The translations under genes were made by a program, and so were the position numbers. From Squalus acanthias (lineage: Eukaryota): a stretch of DNA of 64,000 bases. Below, piece after piece: positions 61,709 through 64,000 of this stretch (positions are counted from its first letter, which is position 1; every line of letters begins with the position of its first letter). Location of the stretch: assembly GCA_030390025.1 (NCBI GenBank), contig CM059432.1, positions 3,534,001 to 3,598,000 on the forward strand, written 5' to 3'. Below the pieces are notes generated by a model. It had not been told where the DNA came from, searched no databases, and saw nothing but the letters and a program-made list of their open reading frames with translations.

Positions 61709-62302
61709 TCATAGAATCGTAGAATGATACAGCACAGCAGGAGGCCACTCGGCCCATCGTGCCTGTGCCGGCTCTTTGAACGAGCTCTCCAATTAGTCCC
61801 ACTCCCCTGCTCTTTCCCCGTAGTTTTGCAATGATCTCTCCTTCAAGTATTTATCCAATTCCCTTTTGAAAGTTTGATAGATAGCTAGATAGACTTGCAT
61901 TTCTATAGCGCCTTTCACGATTACCAGACTTCCCAAAGCACTTTACAGCCAATGAAGTACTTTTTGGAGTGCAGTCACTGTTGTAATGTAGGAAACGCGG
62001 CAGCCAATTTGTGCACAGCAAGCTCCCACAAACAGCAATGTGATAATGCCCAGATAATCTGTTTAATGATGTTGATTGAGAGGTAAATATTGGCCAGGAC
62101 ATCGGGGATAAACTCCCCTGCTCCTCTTCGAAATAGTGGCCATGGGATCTTTTACGTCCACCTGAGAGAGCAGACGGGGCCTCGGTTTAACGTCTCATCC
62201 GAAAGACGGCACCTCCGACAGTGCAGCACTCCCTCAGCCCTGCACTGGGAGTGTCAGCCTAGATTGATGTGCTCGAGTCTCTGGAGTGGGCCTTGAACCC
62301 AC
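61709..62302 (-). mobile_element. CR1 tail (61709-61875) followed by a Deu-type SINE (61888-62302)
   Basis: The pieces match 51408-51570 and 41872-42290. Confidence 0.85.
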
Positions 62303-63036
62303 AGGTAGGTAGGTATGTAGACATACATACATTCGTGAGTAAATATTGAAATCTCCAGGATTTTGATTGCTTCCTCCAATCTTCCGCATGTTGGTATCGC
62401 ACTCCATTTGTGTTTTTTTGCATCTGCACAATATAAACCCAGAAAGGCTGTTTGCTTTTACTGAGCTGTGCTGAAACTCCACCTTCACTCCGGCCAACCA
62501 CAATGCTAGCACTGAGGTTTAAGCAGCGATCCTTGAAACACATTCTTGTACTCACGGCATGAAGAAAACAAAAGTCTTCTGATGTTCTAATCAATCTTTT
62601 TTTTTCCTTAATGGCACACAGGCAGGACTTCCTGTGGGTTTTTTAACAGGAAAGTAAACCAAAAAGGATTAAAGCAAATGTGTCTTTGTGAATCATAGAA
62701 TGTACACAGAGACAAATTGCCTTGTTCAATTTGAAATGGTGACGACATTATCACTCATGTTGTTGTAGGCTGGATATAGCCAAAGCATTACACTGGATTA
62801 TAAACCTTGAGATTCCTCCATGTTATCTGCTGGGAATTCTGCATAGATATAGTCTTGTTTCTTCACGTCAGCCAGTAAAGCATACAGCTGTATTCTTTGT
62901 GTTCTTCGCTATCTGGTTTGAGGACATCTGGCAGCCCAGCAAACAAGGTCACCTCTGAGGTATGTTCTCAGAGAATCCAGTCACCATAAGTACACATTCA
63001 ACTGAACCTGTCTGTGCACAGACACTTGCCTACAGA

Positions 63037-63175
63037 GAGGGAGAGGGAGAGAGAAAAAAGAAAGAAAGAAAGGCAGGATCAAAGAAGAAAATAAATGAAA
63101 GGAAAGAAAGAAAGAACGAAGGAAAAAAAGAAAGTAAGAAAGAAGGAAGGAAAGAAGGAAAGAAAGAAAGAAGGA

Positions 63176-63231
<56 letters not shown>

Positions 63232-63303
63232 AGGAAAGAAAGAAAGAAAAGGAAGGAAAGAAGGAAAGAAAGAAAGAAAGAAAGGCAGGAAGAAATAAAG
63301 GAA
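63037..63303 (+). repeat. (GAAA/GGAA)n polypurine microsatellite
   Basis: Directly visible. Confidence 0.95.
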
Positions 63304-63594
63304 GAGTATTCGATTTAAAACTGAGCTAATTAAAACCAACTCTGTACAATAAAGTAGAGCTAGACATATCAATAACAGTAACAATTCATGGATGATAGAC
63401 TCAGTAGACACAGATGATGGGAAGGAGGTGGCCAAGTCGGTGCAAAGCAAAACCGAAGGAAGTTAATGTGCAGAAATCGCCTACGGGAGACAGACATTTC
63501 TTTTTGAAATGTGGGTTAGGATGGGGGCGATGCTGACGCGGCTGCGTTTGTTGTCCAGCCCTAGATTGTTCACCACCGAGAGCCTCGGCCATTT

Positions 63595-63715
63595 TAGAGT
63601 CAACTGTGTAGTGTGGGACTGGAGTCATGTGTCGGCCAGACCTGGGAGAGGCTGAGGATTCCCTTCACTAAAGGAACCAGTTGGGTTTTTACAACCATCC
63701 AGCAGTTTTCATGGT
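63595..63715 (-). mobile_element. Degenerate fragment of the 34567-type SINE
   Basis: agagtcaac..tggagtcatgtgtcggccagacc..ctaaagga..gggttttt is the reverse complement of 34710-34835. Confidence 0.6.
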
Positions 63716-63751
63716 TATTTCTTTCTGGTGCATAGCCCACAAATGACCACA

Positions 63752-64000
63752 ATTTTAGCTCTGAGGAAAGATTGGATAGGCTGGGGTTGTTTTCTTTGGA
63801 ACAGAGGAGGCTTAATTGAGGTGTATAAAATTATGAGGGGCCGAGATAGAGTGGATAGGAAGGACCTATTTCCCTTAGCAGAGAGGTCAATAACCAGGGG
63901 GCAGAGATTTAAAGTAATTGGGAGAAGGATTAGAGGGGAGTTGAGCAGAAATCTTTTCACCCAGAGGGGTCTGAACTCACTGTCTGAAAGGGTGGTAGAG
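63752..64000 (+). mobile_element. CR1 3' region (runs off the window)
   Basis: gattggataggctggggttgttttctttggaacagaggagg..aggggcagagatttaaagt; reverse complement of 52590-52800. Confidence 0.85.

Noticed and set aside
62962..63450. Lys/Glu/Arg-rich and Phe-rich ORFs
   Set aside because: Translations of the GAAA microsatellite.

Overview
Non-genic-looking, transposon-saturated vertebrate DNA. The repeat inventory (CR1 and L2 LINEs, Penelope elements, HE1-like V-SINE, Deu-type SINEs, Harbinger-type MITEs) points to a cartilaginous fish; this is inference from recalled repeat sequences, not a database result. The dominant feature is a ~22 kb tandem array (7652-29687, resuming at ~33090) of a 36-bp unit. 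The unit is a piece of the L2 LINE ORF2 3' coding region, and the array runs directly into an L2 3' tail, so it grew inside an L2 copy. It has since been amplified in kb-scale higher-order blocks. The flanks hold several nested elements: a Penelope RT/GIY-YIG element with a 13-bp TSD, three minimal hammerhead-ribozyme motifs, two ~228-bp solo-LTR-like elements with 5-bp TSDs, hairpin-rich MITEs, a Harbinger Myb/SANT gene relic, a Tx1/L1-like ORF1, a CR1 esterase ORF1, and three SINE families, each sharing a 3' tail with a different LINE in the window. No host protein-coding gene could be established; a few candidate small minus-strand exons are listed at low confidence. TSD-defined boundaries were counted by hand; other boundaries are approximate.
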